Source: Minisyncoccia bacterium (GTDB lineage: Bacteria; Patescibacteriota; Minisyncoccia; Phycocordibacterales; UBA918). Taken from it: DNA of 64,000 nt. Below are positions 54,665 to 64,000 of the stretch, in pieces; the stretch's first letter is position 1; each line of letters starts with the position of its first letter. The position numbers were made by a program, and so were the translations under genes. The DNA lies in contig JBKBPM010000001.1 in assembly GCA_046293175.1 (NCBI GenBank), positions 299,446 through 363,445 of the forward strand, read 5' to 3'. The notes below the pieces were generated by a model that ran no database searches, was not told the DNA's origin, and saw only the letters and a program-made list of their open reading frames with translations.

Positions 54665-55636
54665 TTACGAGTAGACTCGAGCAGTCCGTACTAGGTGATC
54701 AATGAGATCATTAAAACTGAGTCCCACCGCGGCCGCTGCTTTTGGGAAAAGCGATTCACTGGTGAGACCCGGGAGTGTGTTCACTTCAAGGAAGTACACT
54801 TCCCCATCTTTTACAATGCAGTCTGTACGGGAGTACTGCGAGAGTCCCAGGACACGGTGTACTGTCTCAGCAAGTTCAGCAATTTTCTCTTTTTCATCGT
54901 AGGAGAAACGGCCGGGACAAAGTTCAGTGGTACTACCATCATACTTGACTGTTTCATCAAAGAAGGCGCTGCCTTGTGGTGGGATGATTTCGATAGCTGG
55001 AAGAGTGTAGAGCTCATTATCACGGAAGTCACCTAAAACCGCACAGGTAGCCTCTCTTCCTTGTATATGTTCTTCAACCATACATTCGCCGTATTTTGCC
55101 ACCGCATGTGACAGCGCGTCTTTGAGCGTATCAGCCGAAACTATCTGCACACCATGGGATGAGCCACTACTGGTGGGCTTAAGGACATACGTTGGACCAA
55201 AGCTACTAGCTATCACACTGGACACTGCTTCAATATCAAGGAGGTTGTCACTTGTTACTCGAACATGGCGGGGGAGATGAAAGATATGCTCGCGGAGCGC
55301 ACGCTTCGTCATATCTTTGTTGAAGGCCATGGCGGAAGCAAATGAATTACTACCGGTAAATGGGATATGGAGCCGTTCACAGATGCGCTGGACGGTGCCG
55401 TCTTCGCCGTATGCTCCGTGCATGGCAATAAAGACGACATCAGTGGTCATGAGCGCCTTGTCAGGGTCTTTGACCCGACCATCGACAATCCATTCACCAG
55501 CTTTGGAGACGGTGACATCCGCCACATGATAGCCAAGGTCGGAGAGTGCTCGAAGGACACCCGCTCCGGTCTGCATTGACACGTCGTATTCACTACTAGG
55601 TCCGCCACGCAAAACTGCGACACGAGTCTTGATCAT
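54665..55636 (-). CDS. ddl: D-alanine--D-alanine ligase
   Basis: ATP-grasp. VAVLRGGPSSEYDVS N-terminus and EVNTLPG C-terminal motif. Confidence 0.9.
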   Translation of the reverse strand: MIKTRVAVLRGGPSSEYDVSMQTGAGVLRALSDLGYHVADVTVSKAGEWIVDGRVKDPDKALMTTDVVFIAMHGAYGEDGTVQRICERLHIPFTGSNSFASAMAFNKDMTKRALREHIFHLPRHVRVTSDNLLDIEAVSSVIASSFGPTYVLKPTSSGSSHGVQIVSADTLKDALSHAVAKYGECMVEEHIQGREATCAVLGDFRDNELYTLPAIEIIPPQGSAFFDETVKYDGSTTELCPGRFSYDEKEKIAELAETVHRVLGLSQYSRTDCIVKDGEVYFLEVNTLPGLTSESLFPKAAAAVGLSFNDLIDHLVRTARVYS

Positions 55637-55679
55637 ATGAATATTTTAGCATGGTATTTGCACCAATAAAAAAACAATA

Positions 55680-56915
55680 TTAGGAAAGTGTGCGTTTGCG
55701 TTGCTTTTGGCGGAAATAGGTGATGGAGAAGCGGTGAGCTTCGGCGTTGGCGTGAAGGATTTCGAGCTTGTGAGCCTCTATAAGAGCATCTGGGCCAAGG
55801 ATATGGTGGGCTTTGTGACGATCGTCCTTCACTACTGCGATGACAGGTATCAAGAGCGCGTGTTCCGCCAGAATAAGCTCAGCGGTGCGTTTCTGAACTT
55901 CGTTACCATCCACCACGATTATATTTGGAAATGGCCACTCCGGGTGTGCGAGGCGGCGGGTGAGGACTTCCTTCAGCGCTGCGGGATCATTCGCGTCTTT
56001 GAGCGTTTTAATCTTGAACTTACGGTACTCGTCCTTTTGCGGTTCGCTCCCTTCTACTACCGTCATCACACCAACCATGTCTTGACCGGCCATATGGGCG
56101 ACGTCATACGCCTCGATGCGCAGCGTACGACTGGTTCGTAAGCTTGCTCGTTCCGCTTTAATGAGTGCAATATCTTGAATATGTTCGAGGGCAAAAATCT
56201 GCTTTTTGATTTTGTTCGCCATCTCGAAGTGTTCGACCTTGGCCTCACGGTGCATATCACGAGTGAGTTCTTTGATAATTTCCTTCTTCTTGCCTTCAAA
56301 AAAGAGCTTTAAGTGCTTGATAGTACGGTCGTAGAGAGCTTTATCGGTGTGATTTGGGTAGAGACCAATCTGGCGATTGAAATCGACTTTGCCGCGAGCG
56401 AGTTTTGTACGCTCGAGTCCAACCGGCTCTTTGGTGTCGTAAAACTGGAAAAGTTTACGGACAATCTTGAGTGCTTCTCGTAAAAGACCACCACTCGGGA
56501 ACGGTCCGAAGTGGTATTTGATTTCTTTTTCGGTGAATTTTTCGGTGAGGTCTTTGCCGCGAACAACCAGCACTCGTGGCCACGGTTCGTTCGTGATCAC
56601 GAGGTGGTTGTATGACTTATCGTCCTTGCTCCTTGTGTTGTACCGTGGCTTGTGGCTACGAATAAGATTCGTCTCAAGGATGAGGGCTTCAAGGACGCTT
56701 TCGGTAGCAGTAACCTCAATTGAGGCGGCCTCGGCTACCATGTTCTTAATCAACTCGGAGCGCTTTTCTTTGATATCGTTCGCGAAGTAACTGCGGATAC
56801 GGTTCTTCAGTGATGTTGCTTTACCGATATATAAAATAGCTTTGTTAGCATCAAGAAAAAAGTACACCCCGGGTGTATCTGGCAGGTCGTAGTTTTTGAG
56901 GTCACTTTTGGTCAT
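55680..56915 (-). CDS. uvrC: excinuclease ABC subunit C, short form (no C-terminal HhH2 domain)
   Basis: GIY-YIG (GVYFFLDANKAILYIGKATSLKNR), UVR-like coiled segment, RNase-H-like endonuclease domain (RIEAYDVAHMAGQDMVGVMTV). 411 aa. Confidence 0.85.
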   Translation of the reverse strand: MTKSDLKNYDLPDTPGVYFFLDANKAILYIGKATSLKNRIRSYFANDIKEKRSELIKNMVAEAASIEVTATESVLEALILETNLIRSHKPRYNTRSKDDKSYNHLVITNEPWPRVLVVRGKDLTEKFTEKEIKYHFGPFPSGGLLREALKIVRKLFQFYDTKEPVGLERTKLARGKVDFNRQIGLYPNHTDKALYDRTIKHLKLFFEGKKKEIIKELTRDMHREAKVEHFEMANKIKKQIFALEHIQDIALIKAERASLRTSRTLRIEAYDVAHMAGQDMVGVMTVVEGSEPQKDEYRKFKIKTLKDANDPAALKEVLTRRLAHPEWPFPNIIVVDGNEVQKRTAELILAEHALLIPVIAVVKDDRHKAHHILGPDALIEAHKLEILHANAEAHRFSITYFRQKQRKRTLS

Positions 56916-56986
56916 AGCGAAAATACTCTATCACAAAATGTGAAAACCGCCCTGCGGGAGGGCGGTAGTCATCGTCTGGAGAGGCG

Positions 56987-57172
56987 TCAGATTGACGCCC
57001 AGTCCTTGAAGATAGGTTGTTGAGCCTGTTGTTGGTCACCACTCTCACCTTCCGAGTCACCGTATTGAATGGTGTCTTTGGTTTTCTCTCGTGAACGATG
57101 ATTCTGCGCACGTACGCGTGCTTCTTCGACGGCAGCAGCGGTGCTCCCTGGCGGCAGGTCATGGTCAATCAT
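56987..57172 (-). CDS. candidate small acidic protein (61 aa)
   Basis: GGGAGA RBS-like sequence 5 nt upstream of the ATG. No motif. Confidence 0.3.
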   Translation of the reverse strand: MIDHDLPPGSTAAAVEEARVRAQNHRSREKTKDTIQYGDSEGESGDQQQAQQPIFKDWASI

Positions 57173-57253
57173 TATCGTCTCCCAAGTTTGTTACTTTCCT
57201 GGCTATTATCTTACTCCACTACCGTTTATTCTGAGAGTCTAGGCTGTGCTTAA

Positions 57254-59914
57254 CTACAGTACCTTCTTCAAATAGCGGCCGGTATGTGATTTGGGGTTTT
57301 CGGCCACTTCTTCAGGTGTGCCTTTGGCGACTACCTCACCCCCGCCAGCGCCTCCTTCAGGGCCTATGTCGATGATGTAGTCAGCACACTTCACGAGGTC
57401 AAGGTTGTGTTCGATAACCATCACGGTATTACCCTTGTTCACGAGCTCCTGGAGAATCTCAATGAGCTTTCGTACGTCGTCGTAGTGAAGACCAATGGTT
57501 GGCTCATCAAGCAGGTAGATAGTCTTTTGGGTGTGTGGTTTGTAGAGTTCGGACGCTATCTTCACACGCTGGGCCTCTCCACCTGAGAGCGTGGTAGCAC
57601 TTTGACCGAGCTTCAGGTACGAAAGCCCAACATCAAGGAGTGTCTTGAGGCGTTCTTCAATGGCGGGCACGTCTTTGTAGAATTCATACGCTTCTTCGAT
57701 AGTCATCTCGAGCACCTGGTAGATATTCTTTTTCTTGTAGGTGACCTCAAGTGTCTCTTTGGTGAAGCGCCTCCCTTCACAAACATCACATTCGACATAG
57801 ACGGTCGGGAGGAAGTGCATTTCGACCGCAATCTCACCATTTCCCTGACAGGCCTCGCACCGACCACCCTTCACATTAAACGAGAAGCGACCAGGCTTCC
57901 AGCCACGGGCACGAGCTTCACTACTCGCGGCAAAAAGATCACGGATATGGGTGAAAGCACCAGTGTACGTGGCGGGGTTTGAGCGCGGGGTACGACCAAT
58001 TGGCGATTGGTCAATGAGGATGGAGCGGCCGAGGTACTCAGTACCTGTAAAGCTCGCGCAGTTGTACGTCTTTGGACTACGGTAGGCCTTTTCGAGGCGT
58101 GCTTTGAGGTTCCGATCGACAATTTCGTACATGAACGTTGACTTACCCGAACCAGAGACTCCAGTCACACAAATAAGTCGCCCAAGCGGGATATCGATAT
58201 TCAGGTTCTTGATATTAAAGGCTTTGCCACCTTTAATCTTGAGTGAACCCTTTTCACCAGTTCGGCGATCAGGAATTGAAATTGATTTTTCGTGCCGAAG
58301 ATAGGCTAGGGTTGATGAGCCAGAATCATTCTTCTTCGCCTGGAGTAAATCTTCAAGCCAACCGGATACCACTACCTGACCACCATGAATACCCGCTCCT
58401 GGGCCAATGTCAACAATATAATCTGATGCATAGATGGTATCTTCATCATGTTCGACCACGATAATGGTGTTGCCGAGGTCACGCAGCTCTGAAAGCGTCT
58501 TTACCAGCCGATCATTATCGCGCTGATGGAGACCTATGGTTGGTTCATCAAGGACGTAGAGCGCACCGACAAGACCGGAACCAAGCTGGGACGCAAGACG
58601 GATACGCTGGGCCTCACCACCAGAGAGGGTGTTCGCCCGGCGATCAAGTGTGAGGTACTCAATACCGACGTTATTCATGAACTCGAGTCGTTCAATTACC
58701 TCCCGCAGTGCCGGCCAGGCAATTTCTTGCTGATGTTTTGAGAGCTTGAGATTTTCGATAAACTTCGTCGCCTCTTTGACAGTCATCGCGGTGAAATCAA
58801 CGATATTAATACCAAGAGAATTGGCGTCTCCACCGAGGAATACACGGAGAGCCTCTTTACGCAAGCGAGCGCCGTTACAGACTGGACAGACATCACTCTG
58901 GAAAATCCCCACTACCCCAAGTCCGTTACACTCAGGACAGGCACCATACGGTGAGTTGAATGAAAAGAGACGCGGTTCGACTTCAGGGAATGATGAGCCG
59001 TCTACTGGACAAATAAACTTGGCCGAGAGCATGCGTGAGGTGCCGTCTGGAGATTCTATCTTCACCAGACCGTTCGCAAGACCTAGTGCGACTTCTACCG
59101 CTTCGGAGAGACGTTCGTGTGAGCCTTTTGGATCATCGGTGAATTCGCTCACGTAGATCTCATCGACGAGCACATCGATATCGTGACGCTTGGTTTTACT
59201 TAGTTCAATCCGTTCGCGGAGCTGCTTTACTTCCCCATCAATTTTAATCGTTTCAAAGCCTTTCCCGAGGAGATCGTAGAGGAGCTGGTAGTACTCACCC
59301 TTACGGCCGACTACGACTGGTGCAAAAATAACCACCCGACCCTTTGATACTTCAATTCCCATCACCTTTTGTGACTGGGCTTTGGTGGCAGACTTTACTT
59401 CCTTTGATTCGATTGATTCGAGTACGACGCGGAGGATTTCGTCTTGCGACATCTTCTGGATCGGGACATCAACATCAAGACAGTATGGCTGTCCAACTCG
59501 TGCATAGAGAATACGGAGGTAGTCGTAAATTTCGGTGATGGTGGCGACGGTCGAACGAGGGTTCCGACTCGCTGACTTTTGGTCAATGGAGATGGCTGGT
59601 GAGAGACCAGAGATTTCGTCGACATCAGGTTTCTGCATCTTGTTGAGGAACTGACGGGCGTACGGCGACAATGATTCGACGTAGCGACGTTGTCCTTCGG
59701 CAAAGATTGTGTCAAACGCAAGCGATGACTTGCCTGAGCCAGACGGACCGGTGATGGCAATCATCGCACCACGAGGCATTTCGACCGAGATGTCTTTGAG
59801 GTTGTGGGTACGAGCACCCCGCACGATGATCTTTTGTGATCGATCGTCCATGTTGGTGCGAGTCACCTTCTTTGGTGGCTGCTTTTCTTCACCTTTCTTG
59901 GTACCCTTAGCCAT
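57254..59914 (-). CDS. uvrA: excinuclease ABC subunit A
   Basis: Two ABC ATPase modules ([26 protein letters not shown] x2) and zinc-finger Cys clusters. Confidence 0.95.
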   Translation of the reverse strand: MAKGTKKGEEKQPPKKVTRTNMDDRSQKIIVRGARTHNLKDISVEMPRGAMIAITGPSGSGKSSLAFDTIFAEGQRRYVESLSPYARQFLNKMQKPDVDEISGLSPAISIDQKSASRNPRSTVATITEIYDYLRILYARVGQPYCLDVDVPIQKMSQDEILRVVLESIESKEVKSATKAQSQKVMGIEVSKGRVVIFAPVVVGRKGEYYQLLYDLLGKGFETIKIDGEVKQLRERIELSKTKRHDIDVLVDEIYVSEFTDDPKGSHERLSEAVEVALGLANGLVKIESPDGTSRMLSAKFICPVDGSSFPEVEPRLFSFNSPYGACPECNGLGVVGIFQSDVCPVCNGARLRKEALRVFLGGDANSLGINIVDFTAMTVKEATKFIENLKLSKHQQEIAWPALREVIERLEFMNNVGIEYLTLDRRANTLSGGEAQRIRLASQLGSGLVGALYVLDEPTIGLHQRDNDRLVKTLSELRDLGNTIIVVEHDEDTIYASDYIVDIGPGAGIHGGQVVVSGWLEDLLQAKKNDSGSSTLAYLRHEKSISIPDRRTGEKGSLKIKGGKAFNIKNLNIDIPLGRLICVTGVSGSGKSTFMYEIVDRNLKARLEKAYRSPKTYNCASFTGTEYLGRSILIDQSPIGRTPRSNPATYTGAFTHIRDLFAASSEARARGWKPGRFSFNVKGGRCEACQGNGEIAVEMHFLPTVYVECDVCEGRRFTKETLEVTYKKKNIYQVLEMTIEEAYEFYKDVPAIEERLKTLLDVGLSYLKLGQSATTLSGGEAQRVKIASELYKPHTQKTIYLLDEPTIGLHYDDVRKLIEILQELVNKGNTVMVIEHNLDLVKCADYIIDIGPEGGAGGGEVVAKGTPEEVAENPKSHTGRYLKKVL

Positions 59915-60240
59915 ACAAAAACTCTCTAAACGAATAACGCAACAAGCGAAACGCCACTGCCTGGAGGTAGTGGTTCCTTAGAGAGAGTATAGCAGAGAAT
60001 CATTATTTTATAAATGAAGTGACCCCCAAGCAGGCTTGGGGGGTCGTTTAATCTCCGGTACACGACGCTGTTGCCGGAGGCAAATCTTCAGCACCGAACG
60101 TTCTCGCCAGCGGATACTCAGCGTATGAATGAACCACCGAGCGGAGGCATCTCCCGATCAATAACTTAAACGTACACTTGCTATAGCATACTAAATAATA
60201 AAATGAAGCGCTGTTCTAGCGCTTGAAAATCAACACAAAT

Positions 60241-60263
60241 CTCCCTAGGCAAGGCCTAGGGAG
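60241..60263 (-). terminator. hairpin ctccctagg caagg cctagggag immediately after the uvrB stop
   Basis: 9-bp stem. U-rich tract follows in minus sense. Confidence 0.45.
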
Positions 60264-60270
60264 AGGGTTG

Positions 60271-62415
60271 TTACATAAGGGTTTTCTTGGCTTTTTTGCT
60301 TTTACCGGCAGCTTCGGCTTCAAGGAAGGCGATTTCGTCCCGGATGATGGCAGCAGTTTCGAAGTCGAGGATGGAGACGGCATCTTGCATCTGCTGGCGT
60401 TTTTCTTTCAGCACTTTTGTGGGATTACGCTTAAAAAGTTCCATGTCGACTTTAAGCATTGTTTCGATAGTATCATCGTGTTTGGTACGGAGTTGGTCAG
60501 CGATGGATTTGATTTCTTTTGCGATCGTGGTTGGAGTGATGCCATGTTCAGTATTGTACGCCAGCTGGATGGCACGACGGCGGTTGGTTTCGTTCACTGC
60601 GTACGTCAGTGCATCAGTCATCTCATCGGCATAGAGCACCACTCGCCCATTGACGTTTCGCGCGGCGCGGCCAATCGTCTGAATGAGCGCTGTCTCACTG
60701 CGGAGGAAGCCCGCTTTGTCAGCATCGAGGATGGCGACGAGTTCCACCTCAGGCAAGTCGAGTCCTTCACGAAGGAGGTTTACCCCCACAAGACAGTCGA
60801 ATTTACCTTTACGGAAATCGGTGAGAATATCGATCCGTTCGAGCGTTTCGACGTCACTATGGATGTACTTAGTATTAATATTTCGAGCCGTGAGGAATTC
60901 GGCGAGGTCTTCGGCCATTTTCTTCGTAAGTGTGGTCGCAAGGACACGTGCACCACCTTCTATTACCTTCACCGCTTCTTCGATGAAGTCCTTGATCTGT
61001 CCTGGATAGGTTCCCTTCTCTATTACCGGGCGCATATCAATCTCGGGGTCAATGAGACCGGTTGGACGAATGATTTGCTCTACCACTGCCCCTTCGGCCA
61101 CACAGCGGTTGATGTCTACCCCACGGAAGTAGGCAGATTGGCTTTCGGTGTCACTTTTACTCTTCTTGTCGGTATCGATTGCGTCAGCTGGGCAACAGTG
61201 CTCAAATTCGTACTTGCCTGGAGTGGCTGATGTGTAGATACATTGTCCGACACGGGCTTCAAATTCATCAAACTTGAGTGGACGATTGTCTACGGCACTC
61301 GGCAGGCGGAAACCGAATTCAACCAATGTATCTTTACGACTACGGTCGCCAGCATACATACCACCAATTTGTGGCAAGGTGACGTGTGATTCATCCACAA
61401 TAGTGAGAAAATCTGGGGTGCCATCGGCTTTGTGTGGGAAATAATCAAGAAGTGTGTATGGTGCTTCGCCAGGCTTGCGGCGATCAAAATGCCGTGAGTA
61501 GTTTTCGATACCACTACAGTAACCAATCTCACGAATAAGCGCGAGGTCGTGTTCAGTGCGACGGCGGAGACGTTCAGCTTCAAGAATCTTGCCGTCCTTC
61601 TTGAATTGCTCGAGCTGGAGCTGGAGTTCGATTTTAATATCTTCGTACGCAACTTTGCGCTCATCCTCTGGTGAGACGAAGTGCTTGGCTGGGAAGAGGA
61701 AGAAAACATTAGGTTCTTCAATAATGGCACGGGTAATACTATCGATCTTGGTGATGCCAGAAACAGTATTGCCATCAAAGCCGAGGCGATAGATAGCACG
61801 TTCGTTTGTCGGCATGATTTCAACCATATTCCCAACCGCACGGAACTGTCCGGGCGTGAGGTCAGCATTGGTGCGTTCAAAATAGAGATCGATTAGGGTA
61901 CGCAACATATCACTCCGAGTAGTTGAAAATCCCTTCCCGATCTTGAGATGTTTTTTCTCATACTCAGCTGGTGAACCAAGACCATAGATACAGGACACTG
62001 ACGCGACGATGATCACGTCTGGCCGGGTCAACAGTGCCTGGGTCGAGGCGTGGCGGAGGCGGTCGATCTCTTCGTTAATCTGTGATTCTTTTTCGATGTA
62101 GGTGTCTGAGGTCGGCATATACGCCTCTGGCTGGTAATAGTCATAGTAGGAGACGAAGTAGTGCACCGCATTGTTCGGGAAGAAGTCCTTGTACTCTTGC
62201 GCCAACTGCGCAGCAAGGGTCTTGTTATGTGCAATGACCAGGGTTGGCTTTTGGATTTGGGCAATTACATTTGCCACCGTGAAGGTCTTACCTGAGCCAG
62301 TGACACCAAGAAGAGTCTGATGTCGCAAACCACTACGAAAACCCGCCACGAGCCGTTCTATGGCCTTTGGCTGGTCTCCAGCCGGAGTCTTTTCGGTTGA
62401 GAGTTCAAATTGCAT
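60271..62415 (-). CDS. uvrB: excinuclease ABC subunit B
   Basis: Helicase motifs (GVTGSGKTFT, DESH), beta-hairpin region, C-terminal UVR domain. Start taken at MQFELST (track ORF extends to 62466). Confidence 0.95.
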   Translation of the reverse strand: MQFELSTEKTPAGDQPKAIERLVAGFRSGLRHQTLLGVTGSGKTFTVANVIAQIQKPTLVIAHNKTLAAQLAQEYKDFFPNNAVHYFVSYYDYYQPEAYMPTSDTYIEKESQINEEIDRLRHASTQALLTRPDVIIVASVSCIYGLGSPAEYEKKHLKIGKGFSTTRSDMLRTLIDLYFERTNADLTPGQFRAVGNMVEIMPTNERAIYRLGFDGNTVSGITKIDSITRAIIEEPNVFFLFPAKHFVSPEDERKVAYEDIKIELQLQLEQFKKDGKILEAERLRRRTEHDLALIREIGYCSGIENYSRHFDRRKPGEAPYTLLDYFPHKADGTPDFLTIVDESHVTLPQIGGMYAGDRSRKDTLVEFGFRLPSAVDNRPLKFDEFEARVGQCIYTSATPGKYEFEHCCPADAIDTDKKSKSDTESQSAYFRGVDINRCVAEGAVVEQIIRPTGLIDPEIDMRPVIEKGTYPGQIKDFIEEAVKVIEGGARVLATTLTKKMAEDLAEFLTARNINTKYIHSDVETLERIDILTDFRKGKFDCLVGVNLLREGLDLPEVELVAILDADKAGFLRSETALIQTIGRAARNVNGRVVLYADEMTDALTYAVNETNRRRAIQLAYNTEHGITPTTIAKEIKSIADQLRTKHDDTIETMLKVDMELFKRNPTKVLKEKRQQMQDAVSILDFETAAIIRDEIAFLEAEAAGKSKKAKKTLM

Positions 62416-62446
62416 GGGACTCAAGTATACAGGTGAAGGGGTAATA

Positions 62447-62725
62447 CTACAAAAGCACGCGTTCAAGGGTGGTCATGGCCATGAGGAGTGGTATGAGGGC
62501 GCCAACAAGGGCAAATAATCGACCAGGTAACGTAACTGCCACGAGAAAACCGGAGAACCACGTCACAAAAACGAAGCTATTTACGACGAGCTGCATAACA
62601 CCAAACCAGTAGCCGTCCTCTGGTTCAATATTGGCATAGATAAATAAAGTCAGTCCCATGACTCCAGAAATAGCCATCAGTACTTTGGCTATATTTGGCT
62701 TCGTTAAATGGGTGAACGACTCCAT
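62447..62725 (-). CDS. hypothetical small membrane protein (3 TM)
   Basis: 92-aa hydrophobic ORF between tgt and uvrB. Confidence 0.4.
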   Translation of the reverse strand: MESFTHLTKPNIAKVLMAISGVMGLTLFIYANIEPEDGYWFGVMQLVVNSFVFVTWFSGFLVAVTLPGRLFALVGALIPLLMAMTTLERVLL

Positions 62726-62788
62726 ACGTCTTAAAATTGTACCACAATTTATAACACCAATTTGATGTATAAAATGTGCAGCACAAAA

Positions 62789-64000
62789 TTATGCTTTTGC
62801 TAATAATTGCTCACGCAAATTCTTAGTGAAGTTGACGATGAAGTGAAGGTTGTGGATCGACGCGAGGTGCGGACCAAGTATCTCACCAGCGCGGAAGAGG
62901 TGCGCGACATAAGCCTTCGTGTATTTCCCGGCGACGTAGCCAGTTGAGAGTGGGTCAAGGAGCGAGTGGTCATCTTTGTACTGTGCATTACGGAGGCTGA
63001 TTTTTTTGGTCTCTGGGTAAGTGAAGGTACCACAGGGTGTGGTGATCATGTTGCCGGTCATGACGTAGATGGTGCCGGTACGGCCGATACGGGTTGGTGC
63101 AACACAGTCAAAGGTATCGCAACCTTGAAGGACACCCTGCACGATGTCTTCAGGCTCGCCGATTCCAAGGAGGTGGCGTGGTTTGTCGGTAGGCAAAATC
63201 TCATTTACCACCTGGAGGGAGTCGCCGAGGTCGTCTTTAGAAAAGCTGCCGCCAATACCAAACCCATCGAAGTCCATATCAGAGAGGATGCGTGCACTTT
63301 CCTGACGTAAGTCCATAAAGCGACCGCCTTGCACGACACCATAGAGACCCTGCTTCTTTAAAGCTTCATAGTTTTGCTTGTGGGCCAAGATACTGCGCTT
63401 CGCCCAGCGGTGGGTACGGTCAGACGCCTCCTTCTGGTACTCGTAGTCAGCAGTTGGGCTCGTACACTCATCAAAAGCGATGATAATGTCCGCACCAATC
63501 GCGTGTTGAATATCAATACTACGCTCTGCGGTGAAACGGTGCATCGAGCCATCGAGGTGCGAGGTAAAGGTCACCCCTTCTTCGTCAATGATACAGAGTT
63601 TGCCATGATCTTCGGCAAACTTCTGACTATAGACATTAAGGCCTTTTTTCACCGGTAGCTCGTTTTCATTGTCGTCGACTTCCCCTTTAGCGAACTTGGT
63701 TACCCCTTTACCAAACGCTGCGCCGAGACTAAAAACCTGGAAACCACCGGAATCTGTCATCGTTGGAGTGGGCCATTTGGCAAACTCATTTAGTCCACCA
63801 CCGGCTTTGATAACCTCGTGTCCAGGCTGAAGGAAGAGGTGGTAGGTGTTCGCGAGTGTAACCTCGTTTCCGACATACTGGGTGAGGTCTTCGGGCATGA
63901 GACTCTTTACACTGGCTTTGGTACCGACGACCACAAAGGCGGGCGTATGGATATCACCATGTGGGGTATGAATAATGCCGGCGCGGGCAAGATTACCTTT
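62789..64000 (-). CDS. tgt: queuine tRNA-ribosyltransferase (5'-partial; start lies beyond the window end)
   Basis: TIM-barrel Tgt motifs (MTDSGGFQVFSL, zinc site C..C..C..H region). The reading frame stays open to position 64000, where HTPAFVVVGT aligns with E. coli ETPCFMPVGT. Confidence 0.9.
   Translation of the reverse strand, partial: KGNLARAGIIHTPHGDIHTPAFVVVGTKASVKSLMPEDLTQYVGNEVTLANTYHLFLQPGHEVIKAGGGLNEFAKWPTPTMTDSGGFQVFSLGAAFGKGVTKFAKGEVDDNENELPVKKGLNVYSQKFAEDHGKLCIIDEEGVTFTSHLDGSMHRFTAERSIDIQHAIGADIIIAFDECTSPTADYEYQKEASDRTHRWAKRSILAHKQNYEALKKQGLYGVVQGGRFMDLRQESARILSDMDFDGFGIGGSFSKDDLGDSLQVVNEILPTDKPRHLLGIGEPEDIVQGVLQGCDTFDCVAPTRIGRTGTIYVMTGNMITTPCGTFTYPETKKISLRNAQYKDDHSLLDPLSTGYVAGKYTKAYVAHLFRAGEILGPHLASIHNLHFIVNFTKNLREQLLAKA

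Noticed and set aside
1-64000. CRISPR arrays, integrase/recombinase genes, reverse transcriptases, rRNA genes
   Set aside because: Scanned for regularly spaced direct repeats and for the characteristic motifs. None were found. The only direct repeats are the 36-bp pair around R2 and the IS palindromes.

Overview
This 64 kb window reads as a compact housekeeping region of a reduced-genome bacterium. The lineage guess (CPR/Patescibacteria-like, Saccharibacteria-like, about 48% GC) is inference only. Coding density is high and almost all genes sit on the minus strand.

The recognisable core, in order, is:
- an IS200-like (RAYT-type) insertion next to the grpE-dnaK-dnaJ operon;
- a ribosomal alpha-operon block (infA-rpmJ-rpsM-rpsK-rpsD-rpoA-rplQ) followed by rplM-rpsI;
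- alaS, pepF, a small (p)ppGpp-hydrolase-like HD protein, and a nuclease cluster (Cas4/RecB-like nuclease, MGMT-like, ATP-cone-Mrr fusion);
- mnmA, mltG, leuS, a divergent histidine-kinase/stand-alone-receiver pair, ychF, sppA, tspO;
- an MFP+RND efflux pair, a PMM-like HAD hydrolase, tRNA-Ala(GGC), queA, rnhA, a membrane Mrr-like restriction endonuclease;
- a tandem paralog pair of unknown function, tRNA-Ala(UGC), ddl, uvrC (short), uvrA, uvrB and a 5'-partial tgt.

No CRISPR array, integrase, reverse transcriptase or rRNA was seen.

The signal I find most unusual is a three-copy family of structured elements of about 150-190 nt with compensatory stem changes. On the minus strand they lie immediately 3' of rpsI, tRNA-Ala(GGC) and tRNA-Ala(UGC). 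One copy is bracketed by 36-bp direct repeats that carry an inverted copy of the tRNA-Ala 3' end.

Other points worth a second look:
- a Nudix-like insertion inside LeuS;
- the tandem paralogs in an AT-rich island next to tRNA-Ala;
- an RNase HI with a C-terminal hybrid-binding-like domain;
- several very short ORFs with strong Shine-Dalgarno sites.

All functional calls rest on motif-level recognition by eye. No database search was run.
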